DNA from: Azolla caroliniana
Taxonomy: Eukaryota > Plantae > Polypodiophyta
NCBI GenBank assembly: GCA_043228905.1
Contig: JBHGNT010000013.1
Coordinates: forward strand, 6,076,001 to 6,140,000
Length of the DNA: 64,000 bases
Direction: 5' to 3'
The notes below the pieces were generated by a model. It saw nothing but the letters and a program-made list of their open reading frames with translations, made no database searches and had not been told where the DNA came from. This document shows positions 52,301 through 64,000 of this stretch, in pieces; within the stretch, counting starts at the first letter, position 1, and each line of letters begins with the position of its first letter. Made by a program: the position numbers and the translations under genes.

Positions 52301-54724
52301 TTCAAGCTAGTTAAAATGCACATTTTCCTTAACTGTGCTCATATGTCATTTTCTTGTCATCATACTGTGACTGTTTGAATCGAATTTGCAAAATTGATCT
52401 TGCAACATCTGTATCTTTTGATATCTATGATGAAGAGAGATGGTATCATGTCAAAAACCATTACATTAATGTTGCAAATGAGCATTATTAAGAACCAACA
52501 TTTTGCAACTACACAAGATTTCTCATTCACATTTATGGCGAAAATAAAACCCATATCCATTTCTTCAAATTTTGAGTGTTTGTCCATGTTCTTTGCACGC
52601 CAGATGGATCTTCCAAAATGGCATTATAGTCCTCAGTGGTTTTTTGTATATCATACCATTCAAAGACTTCTTTTTGTATGGTTTCATCTATAGTAATGCA
52701 GTTTTGTCATTAGAAAAACAGAAAAAGAAGTCTGGCCCAACTGTAATCTGCAATATAATGTAAAAGCAAGAGATTATTCAGTGAGATCTCCGCCTCTACA
52801 TACAGTCTCATATTTAATATGCTTGTTCTAAAAATGAGAATTTTTTCCTTCATTTTTTATCCTCCCAAAGCAGGGGAAAGCTAAGTTTAAGCATGAAACA
52901 TGAATGGCGAGGAAGGTGTAAACAAACCTTCATAACAGAGAGCTGCATGAGAGAAAAGAGGACCAGCTTTTGCCATAAACATGCTCATTATCTTCAATTG
53001 CACATGCACAGAGTGGAATATCTTAGGTACAATTGAATGTGGTTCAATTAATTAATAATGAGTGTATAGTCTTGTAGGGAATGGATGACACCTAGTAAGC
53101 TGAGATGTTTAAAAGTTTCTTACTTATTAAACTCAATATCACATCGAAAGAGGTGATGAAGCTTCTATAAAATTCCTATTACATTAAAGTTTTGATGCAT
53201 TTAAATGAAATTTGTTTCCTTATTGAAGTGAAGTGTATCACTTCCTTTCATATTCAGAAGATGAATTGGATCAAGATTAATGTGATTTAGGAATCACTCA
53301 TCTCCAATAGAGATGCTTTGGAGTATAAACATGATCCAGGAAATCATAACATTTTGATCTTGTAGATAAGAACATTTTCCAAGGTTTTTGCTTATTCAAA
53401 TCTTGTATAATACAGGCTGGAAATTATAGAATGGCAGAAAGAGTCTTCTTTAAAATGGATGCTGCAAGATGTTCCCCAAATATATGTACATACACAGCTC
53501 TAATGCAAGCCTATGCAAAAGCAGGGATTTGTATTAAAGTAGAGGAGGTATTTGAAGCATTGCAAGTATCCGGATTTGACCCAGATGTGTATGCTTACAA
53601 TGCCCTTTTAGAAGCATACAGGTATTGTCTCTTTTAGTGCTAGATTTCTATCGTTTAATACAATGCAGTGGTAAATTTCCAATTTTTTTATACAATTGTG
53701 CTAAAATCCTTTTTTTGGTTTTTAGTCAAGCCAGATTACCCTTGGCGGCCCTCGAAGTGTTTCATACAATGCATCATATGAATTGTGACCCAGATAGAGC
53801 CTCTTTTGACATATTGATAGATGCATTTGGAAAGGCTGGATTTGTTGAAGGTATGTTTTTTTAGTGATTGAGATAGATAAATACGGATGAAAGTTAAACA
53901 AATCAAACGTAAATATCTTCTTTACTTTTTTCATGTGCTTTTAGTAATATGATAATAGTGCAAAACAATAAATAATATATGCCTAAAATTTGAAACATTA
54001 CAGGAAAAACCCTCCCTGTAGTAGGGAAGTTTGTAATTTTTGAAAATTTATAACCATTCTGGTAAGTTTTGAAAACAAGGGTATTTTAGTGTGATGAAAT
54101 TTAGAGGACATCAACTCACTGTTTTGATCCAAATTTCAACTTTTTTCAGATGCAAAAGTATGGTTTTATAAGATGAAGCATGCGGGCTTTGTGCCAAGTA
54201 TAAAATCCCATATGCTTTTATTGGCAGCATTTGGTCAATCTGGAAATGTAAAGGAGGCTGAAAATCTTATCCTTCAGATGGAGACACATGGATTATATCC
54301 AGACATCTTTATCCTGAATGGCTTGCTTAATGCTTATGGCCATTCTGGAAACTATACCCAAATGGAAGAACTATACCGAAGCATGGAAGAAGGTTTTTGT
54401 CAAGTGGATATGGCTACGTATAACATCATTATTAATAGCTATTCAAAGGGAGGTTACTTGAATAAAGTAGAGAGTTATTTCTTGAGAATGGTAGATAGAG
54501 GTTTGAAACCTAATGTTTGGACATGGACATCACGTATAGGGGCATTTGCCCGGAAACGACAATATCAGAAGTGTATAGGTCTTTATAAAGAGATGCTGGA
54601 AAGTGGAGTTATTCCTGATGCTGTGGTAGATCAGGTCTTACTTTCCTCCTTTTCAGACCTCGAGGATGTCGAGGAGGCCATAAAGGAGCTTGACAACCTT
54701 TGTATGGATGGATATGTACCTTAA
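46314..54724 (+). CDS. P-class pentatricopeptide repeat protein, At2g35130 / PpPPR_66-72-like, probably plastid-targeted; 8 exons, 604 aa
   Basis: Exons 46314-46372, 46448-46665, 47438-47673, 48306-48555, 49209-49354, 53416-53621, 53726-53850, 54150-54724. All introns GT-AG, phases compatible, total 1815 nt with no stop. Tandem 35-aa PPR motifs; the GKGW..GS..VD...VLSP..A...WDDIINVIVQL...CEWIL..F.PD..CFN.L.DAYG segment matches At2g35130 as I recall it. Exons 1-2 are less certain. Confidence 0.9.
46744..46800 (+). other. tRNA-derived SINE-like head in PPR intron 2
   Basis: Box A-like TAGCCAATGTGG, box B-like GGTTCATCTCC, tRNA-like spacing. Confidence 0.45.
49719..50060. mobile_element. Possible LTR fragment in PPR intron 5
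   Basis: Begins TGTCACGACC with a composition shift; no partner or TSD found. Confidence 0.3.
50060..51965 (-). mobile_element. Degenerate non-L1 LINE (RTE/RTEX/L2-like) fragment in PPR intron 5, with internal ~235-bp duplication (50239-50725)
   Basis: NYRTIMIG, QAGF.KGFTTLDHI, CCFVDF, GVKQGCPLSPTLF, YANDIVL (YADD), YTYLGV; endonuclease-end-like ADH near 51880. Confidence 0.88.
52020..52170. mobile_element. Remnant of an AACCG-rich hAT-type MITE
   Basis: GGTTCGG/AAACCGAACC motifs like those in 3234-3683; only one end present. Confidence 0.45.
52187..52373. repeat. Tandem duplication, 2 x ~93 bp
   Basis: GCATTCAAGTCCG...TTTCAAGCTAGTTAAAAT...CTTGTCATCATA twice. Confidence 0.85.
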
Positions 54725-55010
54725 TCTTTAGAGATAAGAGGTGGAAAATTAATGCTAACAAAGAGTGACATACATTCACTCTAACGAATCCTCACGTTGC
54801 ATATGCCTTGTACCATATATATATTTCTTTATGGATCCTCACATGTATTAATATTCTTAATTTGTATATTCTTTTGTGGTGTTTTCTTTGCTTTGATTTT
54901 GCATAGGAACTATATGTATATCTCAGCATATATGTTTTTAAAGATCAAACTAGGAAGGGCAAATGAATTACTTGTTCACCAGTTATGCATGAACTAAAAT
55001 ATGAAGAAAA

Positions 55011-57804
55011 GGGAAAAGTACCAGGATACCCTTGGAAGTTTGTCTATTTACTAGAATGCCCTTGGAAGTTTCAAATTTATCAAACTACCCCTATGTCCAA
55101 AAATATATACTTTATAAAGTATTTACAAGCCCTATTTATCAAAATACCCTTAAACCTAAACTTATTTACCATAATGTTATTATATACCTATTTTGACCAA
55201 TTTATACCCCTTTTATTTTTCAAAATATATCATAAATCAAACTAAATTATTAAAATTATATTATATATCAAAAATTTCACTTGAAATGTCGCCTTAAAAT
55301 CTAATTCTTTGAATTTGCGCCTAGTTATAGTGGCTTAATCTTGTAAAACCAAAATTTGTGATTGAAGTGACCAAAATGTAATCTTAAAACCAAAACATTT
55401 GATCGCACACCAAATTTTACCATTGGGATGCCATTTTGAAGCCAAATTCCATGACTTTGCGGATTCACAAACAATTTACGGCCAAAATGTTAAACCAAAT
55501 CTCACGAAAAACTCCGCTACTAAAATGTCATTTTAAACGAAATCTCATAACACTTTGTTATTAAAATGCCATCTTAAACCAAATTTCATGATTTTACACT
55601 AAATTTTGTTAGCAAAATGCAATCACAACTAAATCTCCTCAATCTCATCAAATTAAAAAATACTTGCAAACCAAAATTAATTATCGAAATGTAATAATTA
55701 CATGTTAATTTTGATCCTTTTACAAAATGTGTAATTCCAAAAATATCCACAAAATCAAATATATCTATGGACTCAACAAAATATCTAATAATGCACAATC
55801 GTCACTAAATTGGGGCCCTACAACTGCGAGCATTGTGTCCTTTCCCATGACACCTTCCACAACGATGTTCTTTCTTCTTTGTGCCTTCTTCTATTGTGTG
55901 TATATATACGTTTGGTTTTTGGACGTCCAGGAGGTCTTCGTGTGGTTGGTGGTAACATGCCTCCAACAATATTATCATGCATAACAACAAGAAGAAATAT
56001 TGGCTCCTTGTAAGTATCACAATATGATTGCAACAAATATGCCTTGTGTGCAAAAGATTGAACTCTTTCTTTTCGAAACAAAATAGTAACAACTACATGT
56101 GCACAAGGTAACCCCATATCTTGCCATTGTCCACAAGTACATATCTTCTTATCCACATAAACAATCCTAACATGTTTCAGAGTATGGATCTCAAAAACAT
56201 CATTAGTAGATGGCAAAATACGGTATAGTCTTCCACATTGTATGGATTCTCCAATGAATTTCTTTGCATATCCAACCAATGCATCATGTGTTATCTCTCC
56301 ATTAACCAATCCAATACGTGCTTTAGAAGTTTCTCCATTAACCCTCCTTTCATAAAACCATGACATTATCTTCTGACGTATCAATTCCATTATCCCTAGA
56401 GTAGGCATAACTCTAGCCTCTAACAACCATGCATTTAGGAACTCGACAATGTTAGATGTCAAGTGTCCAAACCTTTTCCTTGAAAACTTACATGTAGCCC
56501 AATGTGGGGCCGGTGGTACTCATTAGCCATTCAGCTGCATTACTATTGAAAGTGTGTATTTCTCCAATGATAACATCAAAGTCTTGAGTATTAGTTGTAT
56601 TTGCATCTTTCCACAACATACCCAATAGTTGAGTGCTTTTAAAAGCTTTTCTGAAATTGTCTAATAGATGGCGCATGCAATATCCATGTGATGTATCATT
56701 GCCAAACACCAACATGACACCATCCACTAAATCCTTTTGTCTATTTGAAATAAACATTAGTGGATCTGCGTGTCGAAGAACATCCTTCAAACTTTGAAGA
56801 AATCAACACCAATTATCATCATTCTTTGCTATTACTACACCAAATGCAATCGGAAACAAAGCACCTTGTGCATCGATGGTAGTAGTTGTGAGAAGGATTC
56901 CTAGATATTTTCCTTTCAAATGAGTTCCATCTAGACCAATTATTGGTCTACAATGCATGAAACCATTTATGCTTGCATTGTAAGCAATGAATATGCGAAG
57001 AAAGCGACCTTCAATTGTTTCTTGAACATGTACCACAGTACCAGGATTAGCTTCTAAAATGTTTTGACAATAATTTCAAAGATTTTGATCTGCAAATACA
57101 TGATCCCCATGGATTTGAGCATGTGCACTTTCTTTTGCTTTCCACGCTACCCTGTAAGAGATAGTGACACCTTTTTCACAACACACATCACCAATTAGTT
57201 CCTTTGGTGTGTATGTAAGATGATCTTTAAACTTCTCCAATGTTGTTTCAACCAACCATTTTGAGCTTACTTCTTTGTTCCCCAAGTGTTGAGTGCCACC
57301 ACATTTATGTTCTTCCCTATTCTTCTTGATCTGGCATGTTGGACCTCCTTCAATACAAGATGCATGCAACCTCCATCGACATCCAAATTTTTTTCATGCA
57401 ATAGTTAATCTAGCAAAAGTCATGTGAGCACAAATTTAAGATTAAGATTCAAGTGAGTGTAAAAGCATATGAGTGCAAAATTCATGTGAACCTTGTTTTA
57501 TCTGACTTGATCACTCTTAGCTCAACATGAAAGCCAATTGCATCATCTCTCACAGCTTGTTGAAGCTCCTTCAAAGAGTCAAACTGCCTTCCCTCCACCA
57601 AAGCCATTCTATGAGAGACATCAACCATCAAAATGATAGAGAGACAAAGAGAAGAAGAAGAAGAAGAAGAAGAAGAAGAAGAAGAAGAAGAAGAAGAAGA
57701 AGAAATCTTTGAAGGATACAGGAAAAAGAGAAATTAGTAGGAAAAGGGGATTGAATAATAAAATAAGAAAGAGAAAACCTAATAATAGAGAAAGAACCAC
57801 ATAT

Positions 57805-57843
<39 letters not shown>

Positions 57844-58538
57844 TATATTAACATCTTCTAAGGCCAAATTTGGCCCATGAGACAATTGGTTTACAACAAA
57901 ATGAGTATTTATCTAGTCATCATAACTAAAATAAAATAAAGTAAAAATAGAACTTAAGCTAAAAGAGTTCTAGTAGTGTACAAAACATGGTATACTCGAT
58001 AAAGGAAGTGACTTTACACTAAGCCTAATTTTATTTCCACCCAAGCCTCTCGAAAAGAAGTGGGAGTTCAAAGTGTTTTGGTGTGGGTGTGACCCATGGT
58101 CCCAATGTAGAGAGTGCCCTAGCCATGGCTTCTAGGAGGTATAGCTCACGTTCAATTATTTTCATTATTGCTTCTACACCACGTCGAGTTGCTTTGAAAC
58201 CCGGCACCTGAGGACGTCAAGTTCTTCTTTGGTTTTTTGCCTCATCAAGGGAAAGGCCAAGTGGTGCAGGTGTGTCGACATTCATTGTCTCCCCTTGTTC
58301 CTAAAAAACTTCATTTGTTACATGTTGGTGAACATTAGCAACATTATTGTCAACATTTTGTAACGTATTCTCTCTGTGTTGTTTTAGCTCTAGAATGTAT
58401 TTGCCTAATTTCTTTATATCTAGAGTATCTAATAGTTTGGAGAGGGTGGGAGATGTTGATCCTTGGCCGGACTAGCAACAACACAAGGTGTCCTCTTCTG
58501 GAACACTTCTCCAAAGGGTGGTAAGGTTAGGATGCTTC
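55011..58538 (-). mobile_element. Mutator-like (MuDRA-type) element, degenerate transposase, interrupted on the right by a Ty3 LTR
   Basis: MULE domain IGLDGTHLKGKY...FPIAFGVV, YCMRHL, TSNIVE; SWIM CTCGQW...LPCAH; knuckle CGRCHGKGHNARSC; TIR-like end GGGAAAAGTACC at 55011. Confidence 0.88.
57650..57704. repeat. (AAG)n microsatellite; (AG)n at ~57807-57838
   Basis: Directly visible. Confidence 0.95.
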
Positions 58539-60755
58539 TGTAATTAACACGCGTAAGATCTTAATATTAACCACAGATGGCAAGTATACAAGACGCAAGC
58601 ATTAATTAATCGATATATGCAATCTTCTATTACTTCCGTAATCATTACATCGGGTCGAATCCTTTTATAGGAATCCGGTGTCATTACAAAACAGTGCCCT
58701 ATCGGCAACTGGCTACGTATTGGTTAGGATCCGAATCGGTGCAACTATACTGGATCCGTCCCTCCGAATACTAATTCTATTTATTTTTAAATATATATAT
58801 ATATCTCTGACTCGCCCTTTTCCCACTTATCCTTTGGCCCTTAACCGGCCAACACATGGCACGCCCGTGGGAAAGTGCGTTGCACTTCAAACCCACACAA
58901 CTGCCTCACTCTTCGTCCAAAATATCCAACAGACTTTGCTCCAGAGGGTCGAGTGGTACTACGTTCCATTGCTGCTCTGCCCCTGCCGCTTTGTCCGAAT
59001 CTAGTTGGAGTGGCTGCTCCGGTTCTTCAACCCTCGTTGGCTCCTGTTGTACCGGTTCTCCAACTCTGCTCTCCTCCAATGCTTCTTGCTCTGCTTCGGC
59101 ATCAAGATCTCTTCTATCACTGGTATCAACCAATTGCTCTGCTACTACAGTTGCTTCTATTGTTTCCCCGACATTAGAGGTTGCTCCTCTGTTTCGGCGA
59201 TTGTTTCTGCCTCCGTTTCGGCCCTCGGCTCTTCACCGGTTGCCATTAGTGGCGGCCCATCCGTGTCCTTTGTGGCCCCTTCTTCCGGCTGCTCCTCATC
59301 ACTTATGGTGATGGGTGTTGTTTGTTCCACGGCTTCCTACTGCTGACGCTCCCGTTCGTACTTTTCCAATTGCAGTTGAGTGTCGAGCTGGTGGTCATCC
59401 AACCTTTCCACAAGACCCCGAACTGCTCCTAGATGCTCCTTGGCTAAGGAAAAGAAGTCATCTGACAGTTCTTCCCTTATGGTGACGATGATCTCTTCAT
59501 CCATCTTGTAGAATTTTTCACCGGCCTTCCTCCGGTTCTCAACATCTGCCTGGAATGTCTGTAGTTCCACCGCTTGCTGTGACCACTCCTTCCACACTTT
59601 CTCCGAACACTCCTTGATGCTTGTCTGGGGCCGGTCCCTCCATGCCGAATTATGTGCCGGATTCTATCCACACCGACCTTGGCGCATTCTTTGACCTCCT
59701 GTTTCTCACTTTTCAGCCTTGCTATGATTTCAACAGTAGCGGCGGCTTGGCTTTCATACCCAATCACTTGGTGCTGATACGTCGTTTGGAGGTTGTTTAA
59801 CACTAGCTTTGTCCGTTCCGCCTCCTCAAACCGTTGCTTATTGAGCTCCACCTTTTCCTTTTCCGCTTCCATTTTCTTCTCAAGTTCGTCCATTTTTTGT
59901 GCCAGGTTCATCTGTGCCTCCTTCAACAACTCCTTCAATCTATCCTGTTGCGGTCGAATTCTGCCTCTCACCTCTTGTAATTTGCCTCCGTTTGCTTATG
60001 CTCCCGGTACAGTTTATCAAAATCTTCGGTCTTCTGCTTGAGTCGTCGATTCATTTGGGAACGCAGCCGGTCATCCCTGTCTTTCTGCTGTCTAAGCTCC
60101 TCTTTCAGTCGTTCTATTTCTGTTTCAGCTTGTCAGCGGAGCCTATCCTTCTCCTGCAACAACTTTTCCCTTTCTTCCTTTAGCCGATCATTGTTGGCGT
60201 GGCTCTTTCAGAGGTTCTCCTCGACTCTCTGTCGTTCTTCCTCAGCCAATTTCTTTTGTTCCCTTTCTTTTCCTCTTAGTGCCTCCTGAGCTGCCAATTC
60301 TTCTCTTAAGGTCCTTAGTTCTTGGGCGGACTCAGTGCTGGTTGGCTGTATCCACTACCGGTTCCAATTCTGGTTCCGGGGTTGCCTTCTGCTTCCTTGG
60401 TTCTGTGTCGACACTCGTTTGTTGGCCCATGTTGGCCATGCTGGCCGCATATTCCTTGGCCTTTGTTAACTCTTCTTCCATGCCTCGCATCTGGGCTTTG
60501 ACCTTCTCTAGTTCTTCGGTAGTTGTGCGCATGAGGTGTCTATTCTGCCTTTGTTCCTCGTCTAGTTGTTCTGCCACGCCGACGACTTGCTCTCCTAGCC
60601 ATCTTAGCCATCTTAGCCATTGTTGGCATGTGCCCTATTCCAGTCCATGGTGTTCCCCATTTGTTGGGGTGCTTTGTGCGCCCTCGTTCAGTGGTGGCTC
60701 TGGTTGTTGTTCTGGCTGCCTGGGACTTGCTCCCTGCCCGGTGCTGGGGTGCCGG

Positions 60756-62161
60756 TGTCGCGAAAATACGACGAGGATACGTGAACTTTGAGGCAAGACC
60801 CCGGGGCCTCCGACCAGAGGATAATCACATGTGTACGTTTATATTTTTTAACAATTAACAAAAAGAAGAAATTTAATAATTTTCATTAACAAAGGAAAAA
60901 GAAATTACAATATGTCCCAAGATTGGGATTTAGAAGTTTTAGGTTTACTAAGATTAATAGAAAAGAAAAATTAGGGGTTTTGAGAGATATGGCTTCCGTA
61001 GGGAAGATTAGGATTAGGTTATATGAGTATTATGGCTTCCCTAGGGAAGATTAGGGTTTTTGAGTGTTATCGCTTCCCTAAGATAAGAGAGTTGAGAAGG
61101 ACAAGAAAAATTAAGATAATATGGAGAGTTTATCCTAGTGTAGGAAAAAAATGGAATAAAAATGGAGTTCTCCCTTGATCATAGCTTTTTCCACTTTTTG
61201 TTGCATGGCCTCTACTTTTAGTTGCCTAGCTTTTTCTTTTGGTTGCATGTGACTGTCCACATGACCTTTACTTTTTCCATGCACTCCCTTCTTTAGTTGC
61301 TTGCGTCCACATGGCCTTTACTTTATTTCTCTTCACTTGACTTTAGTTTGTTGCATGATCCAATCTTTCATCCGTCCGCGTCCAACATCGTCCGGTAGCC
61401 GATTCCATTTTGCTTGCCGATCGATTCCGGTTCCGATTTTGCTTGCCGGCCGGTTCCGGTTCCGATTTGCTTGCCGGTTCCGGTTCTGGTTTCGATTTTG
61501 CTTGCCGGCCGGTACCGGTTTGCTTGCCGGTTCCGGTTCCGGTTTTGCTTACCGGCCCATTTCCGGTTTTGCTTGGCGGCCGGTTTCCGGTTTGCATACC
61601 CATTCCGGTTCCGGTTTGCTTGCCGGCCGGTTCCGGTTTTGCTTACCAACCGATTTGCGGTTTTGCTTACCAACCGATTTGCATACCCGTTCCGGTTCCG
61701 GTTTTGCTTGCCGGCCGATTCCGGTTTTGCATACCGGCCGGTTTCCGGATTGCATACCGGCCGGTTTCCGGATTTGCTTACCAGCCCGTTTCCAGATTTG
61801 CTTACCGGACCCATTTTCCGGATTTGCTTACCGGCCGGTTTCCGGTTTTAGGGAATTTGGCCGCCATCATCCATCAAGACAAAGTGGCCAAAGTGCTCTT
61901 AGCACAAATGAAAAATAAGGGAGCTCAAGGTGTTTATATAGCCAGGGCCTTAAGTTTCCTATCTATGTGGGATAGTTCTAATTTTCCTATATTCTCAAAC
62001 TTCATTTTCACATAACTTGATATGTATTTCTCCATTTTGTATATAGTAAAATACGTTTTGAAGCTCTTGAGTATATCCATCTTTCTATAGTAAGATACTA
62101 ATCTAATCTATAATAATTATTTCATTATTTTTTTACATAGTGTGTGAAGATTCACACGACA
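60756..62161 (-). mobile_element. Solo LTR (1406 bp), Phygy-like family
   Basis: Minus strand TGTCGTGTG...TTTTCGCGACA; perfect 4-bp TSD CCGG; ends homologous to LTR pieces at 36930-37000 and 42764-42980. Confidence 0.93.
61390..61850. repeat. CCGG-rich minisatellite inside the solo LTR
   Basis: Dozens of TTCCGG / TTTGCTT(G/A)CCGG units. Confidence 0.92.
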
Positions 62162-63741
62162 CCGGTTGGTGCCTTGCTCTGTCCGCTCCCTGGTTCCTCT
62201 TTGCCCTGGGTTTCCACCACCACAGTCGGAGCCGATTCTTTCGCCCGCTACTCCCCACCCAACTTCTTTGCATGTCGTTCCAAGGTTTCGGCCGGTTCCT
62301 CCTCAACCCCCTCTTCTGTGGTCTCCAGGCAGATGTTGTGTATAAAGTCCTCCGGTTCTTGGTCTTGCTGGCGCAGTGTGTTTTTGATCGGCTTTGTTCC
62401 CGCTGGAGCTGTATCCTCCGCTTGTTGTGTTCGGTTAGTTGGCTTATCTAGTCTCTCCGGGTCTTTCTCCGCCGGTTCTGGTCTCCGGTTGGTTTGGCCT
62501 TCCTCCTGTTGTGATGCGTCCTCTGAGGTCCATCCTGGGGTGTGCTTTTCCCAGAGTTGTCGCCTCTTGGTTGCTTTCTTGGGCGTTGTTTCCGGTCGGC
62601 CCCTCTTTTTAGGTTTGGTGGTGATGACGGGGGGTACTAATAAGGTTAGCCACTGTGCTACCCCTATCCAAGATTTCTTCCCTTCTGCCATAGATTCTAT
62701 GGCAGATTTCAAGCATTCGGTGATGATCTTCACCCAATCCACCTTCAGTCCCTCGTACGCTGCTATAATGAATCTGGTTCTGTATTTTGGTATGGCCAGC
62801 GGCTGTGAGTGCACGAACCCATATTCTAGCAGCACTCGGATCACCTCCCGGAATAGGCAGTCTTCTCCCCCTTGCATTCAGTACACCTTGCTGATTAGGG
62901 AATACTCGCTGAAATACTCTTTTAATATCTCGGTGGATGGGCTCTCCACCGCTCGAAGTCCCCCCGCTTGTAATCCTGTGAGGGCCTGGATTGTGCCCTT
63001 TGTTATTTCTTCAAGGTCGATTGTTGGTGCGACCTGTTTCGGGTCCTCATGTGGTGGTGCGTTTGCGATGCGAAGGAATCCCTCGAGTCCGTTCTTGGTG
63101 AACCATTCGCGTGCTGCATTAGAAAGCACCATGGGACCTGACTCTTGTTTGTTGATGTTGGTGTGCTTCTCTGCAAGGAGGTTGTGCTCTGTGTGTCTGA
63201 GGGTTCGTGTGCTTTTCTGTGCTCGCCACAATCGAAGTTCTCTAAGGGCCATTCCCTCGGTTGGCCTTTGATTTTGTACCCCCATCTTCTTGAACCACCA
63301 GTTCTTGGTTCCCGCACATGCATGTTCCGGACCATAATTAGTATTTGTACCCTGGTCCTATGCTTTAAATAGCCGTGTCCCGCCTGTTCACTAGCATCTG
63401 TTCGCAATAATATTTTTTGCCCTAATAATAGCCCTCCCACCTTTTGCTTCCTCCACCTTTTTGCATGATGACCGTCATTTTCTGACTACATTTCTTTTCT
63501 TAATTTTTTATTTTATTTTAATTAGATGACCTTACTTGCCAGTGGTGCCCGGTTCCACCGAATTGGTTGCCTCTGGTGCCTTCCCGCTTTTTGACGGTGT
63601 CGTGCCGCCTTTTGTCCAGTTTTCGGTATTTTGTGGGTTCTCTTCGTCTTTAAACGGATTTTCCGGCATCTGTCCTTTGTACGGTTTCAGTCGGAATCTG
63701 TTGACCCATTCTCTTAGAAGTTCTCTGGCTAACGTGCCTAG

Positions 63742-63825
63742 TGTTGGAGACAAAGTCGTCTATGCGGAAGATCAAGCAACATTCGATTCTGTTCTTTACC
63801 TGCGTATAACAGTTTCTAGGTCGTT

Positions 63826-63859
<34 letters not shown>

Positions 63860-64000
63860 ACAAAAGACTCCTTATTCCATAAAGCAATAATACAACACCC
63901 AACCTTACAAAAAGGTTACAAGGTCACTATATATAGTGACCGACTTAGGGCAACTACCCTTTATGCTAATTACATAAATGGCCAAAACGGGATAGTGTGA
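63742..64000 (-). mobile_element. End of another LTR (probably copia-type) inserted in the integrase; runs out of the window
   Basis: Abrupt TGTTGGAG start; TGCGGAAG motif and (AG)n as in the LTR at 23755. Confidence 0.65.

Larger units (their letters stand above)
58906..63285 (-). pseudogene. Extra ORF (~990 codons after removing the solo LTR): globular N-domain, P/E/Q linker, long coiled coil, acidic tail
   Basis: ORFs 62878..63285, 62248..62877, 60332..60577 and 59477..59971 share one frame across the solo LTR; two frameshifts follow. Confidence 0.75.
58539..63741 (-). mobile_element. 3' part of a non-chromovirus Ty3/gypsy (Athila/Tat-like): integrase end, long extra ORF, PPT, 3' LTR (~58539-58899)
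   Basis: Integrase C-terminal motif WVNRFRLKPY (stop at 63532); PPT-like GAAGAGTGAGG then TGTGTGGG...AATTACA with TATA CTATAAAAGG on the minus strand. Confidence 0.75.

Noticed and set aside
57527-57885. Poly-Arg / poly-Phe / poly-Leu ORFs
   Set aside because: (AAG)n and (AG)n microsatellites in a probable Mutator intron
61301-62015. Several overlapping 70-205 aa ORFs
   Set aside because: Stop-free minisatellite inside an LTR
62144-63271. 375-aa plus-strand ORF
   Set aside because: Antisense shadow of the E/K/Q-rich minus-strand ORF; Ser/Leu-rich with no motifs
63525-63540. Minus-strand splice donor AA|GTAAG making the right-hand ORFs a host gene
   Set aside because: The upstream peptide is an integrase C-terminus (WVN.FRLKPY) and the TAA is its natural stop

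Overview
Eukaryotic nuclear DNA from a plant, most likely a moss or other non-seed plant. This is inferred from the Phygy-like and Tcn1-like Ty3 elements, a Sola-type transposase and a PpPPR_66/72-like gene. One intact host gene is supported: an 8-exon P-class PPR gene (46314-54724, +, 604 aa by my splice model) similar to Arabidopsis At2g35130. The 5' end of a second gene probably lies on the minus strand at the window start. The rest is mostly nested, degenerate transposable elements: Ty3/gypsy (Phygy-like with 4-bp TSDs, Tcn1-like and other chromoviruses, Tat/Athila-like), Ty1/copia (one structurally complete), solo LTRs, a hAT-type MITE, a non-L1 LINE inside a PPR intron, a Mutator element and a Sola1-like transposase locus. 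The most unusual items are the Sola-like locus (divergent spliced mini-exon, TATA box, array of near-perfect hairpins) and a ~990-codon extra ORF in the env position of a Ty3 element. Family names come from motif recognition only; no database search was run.
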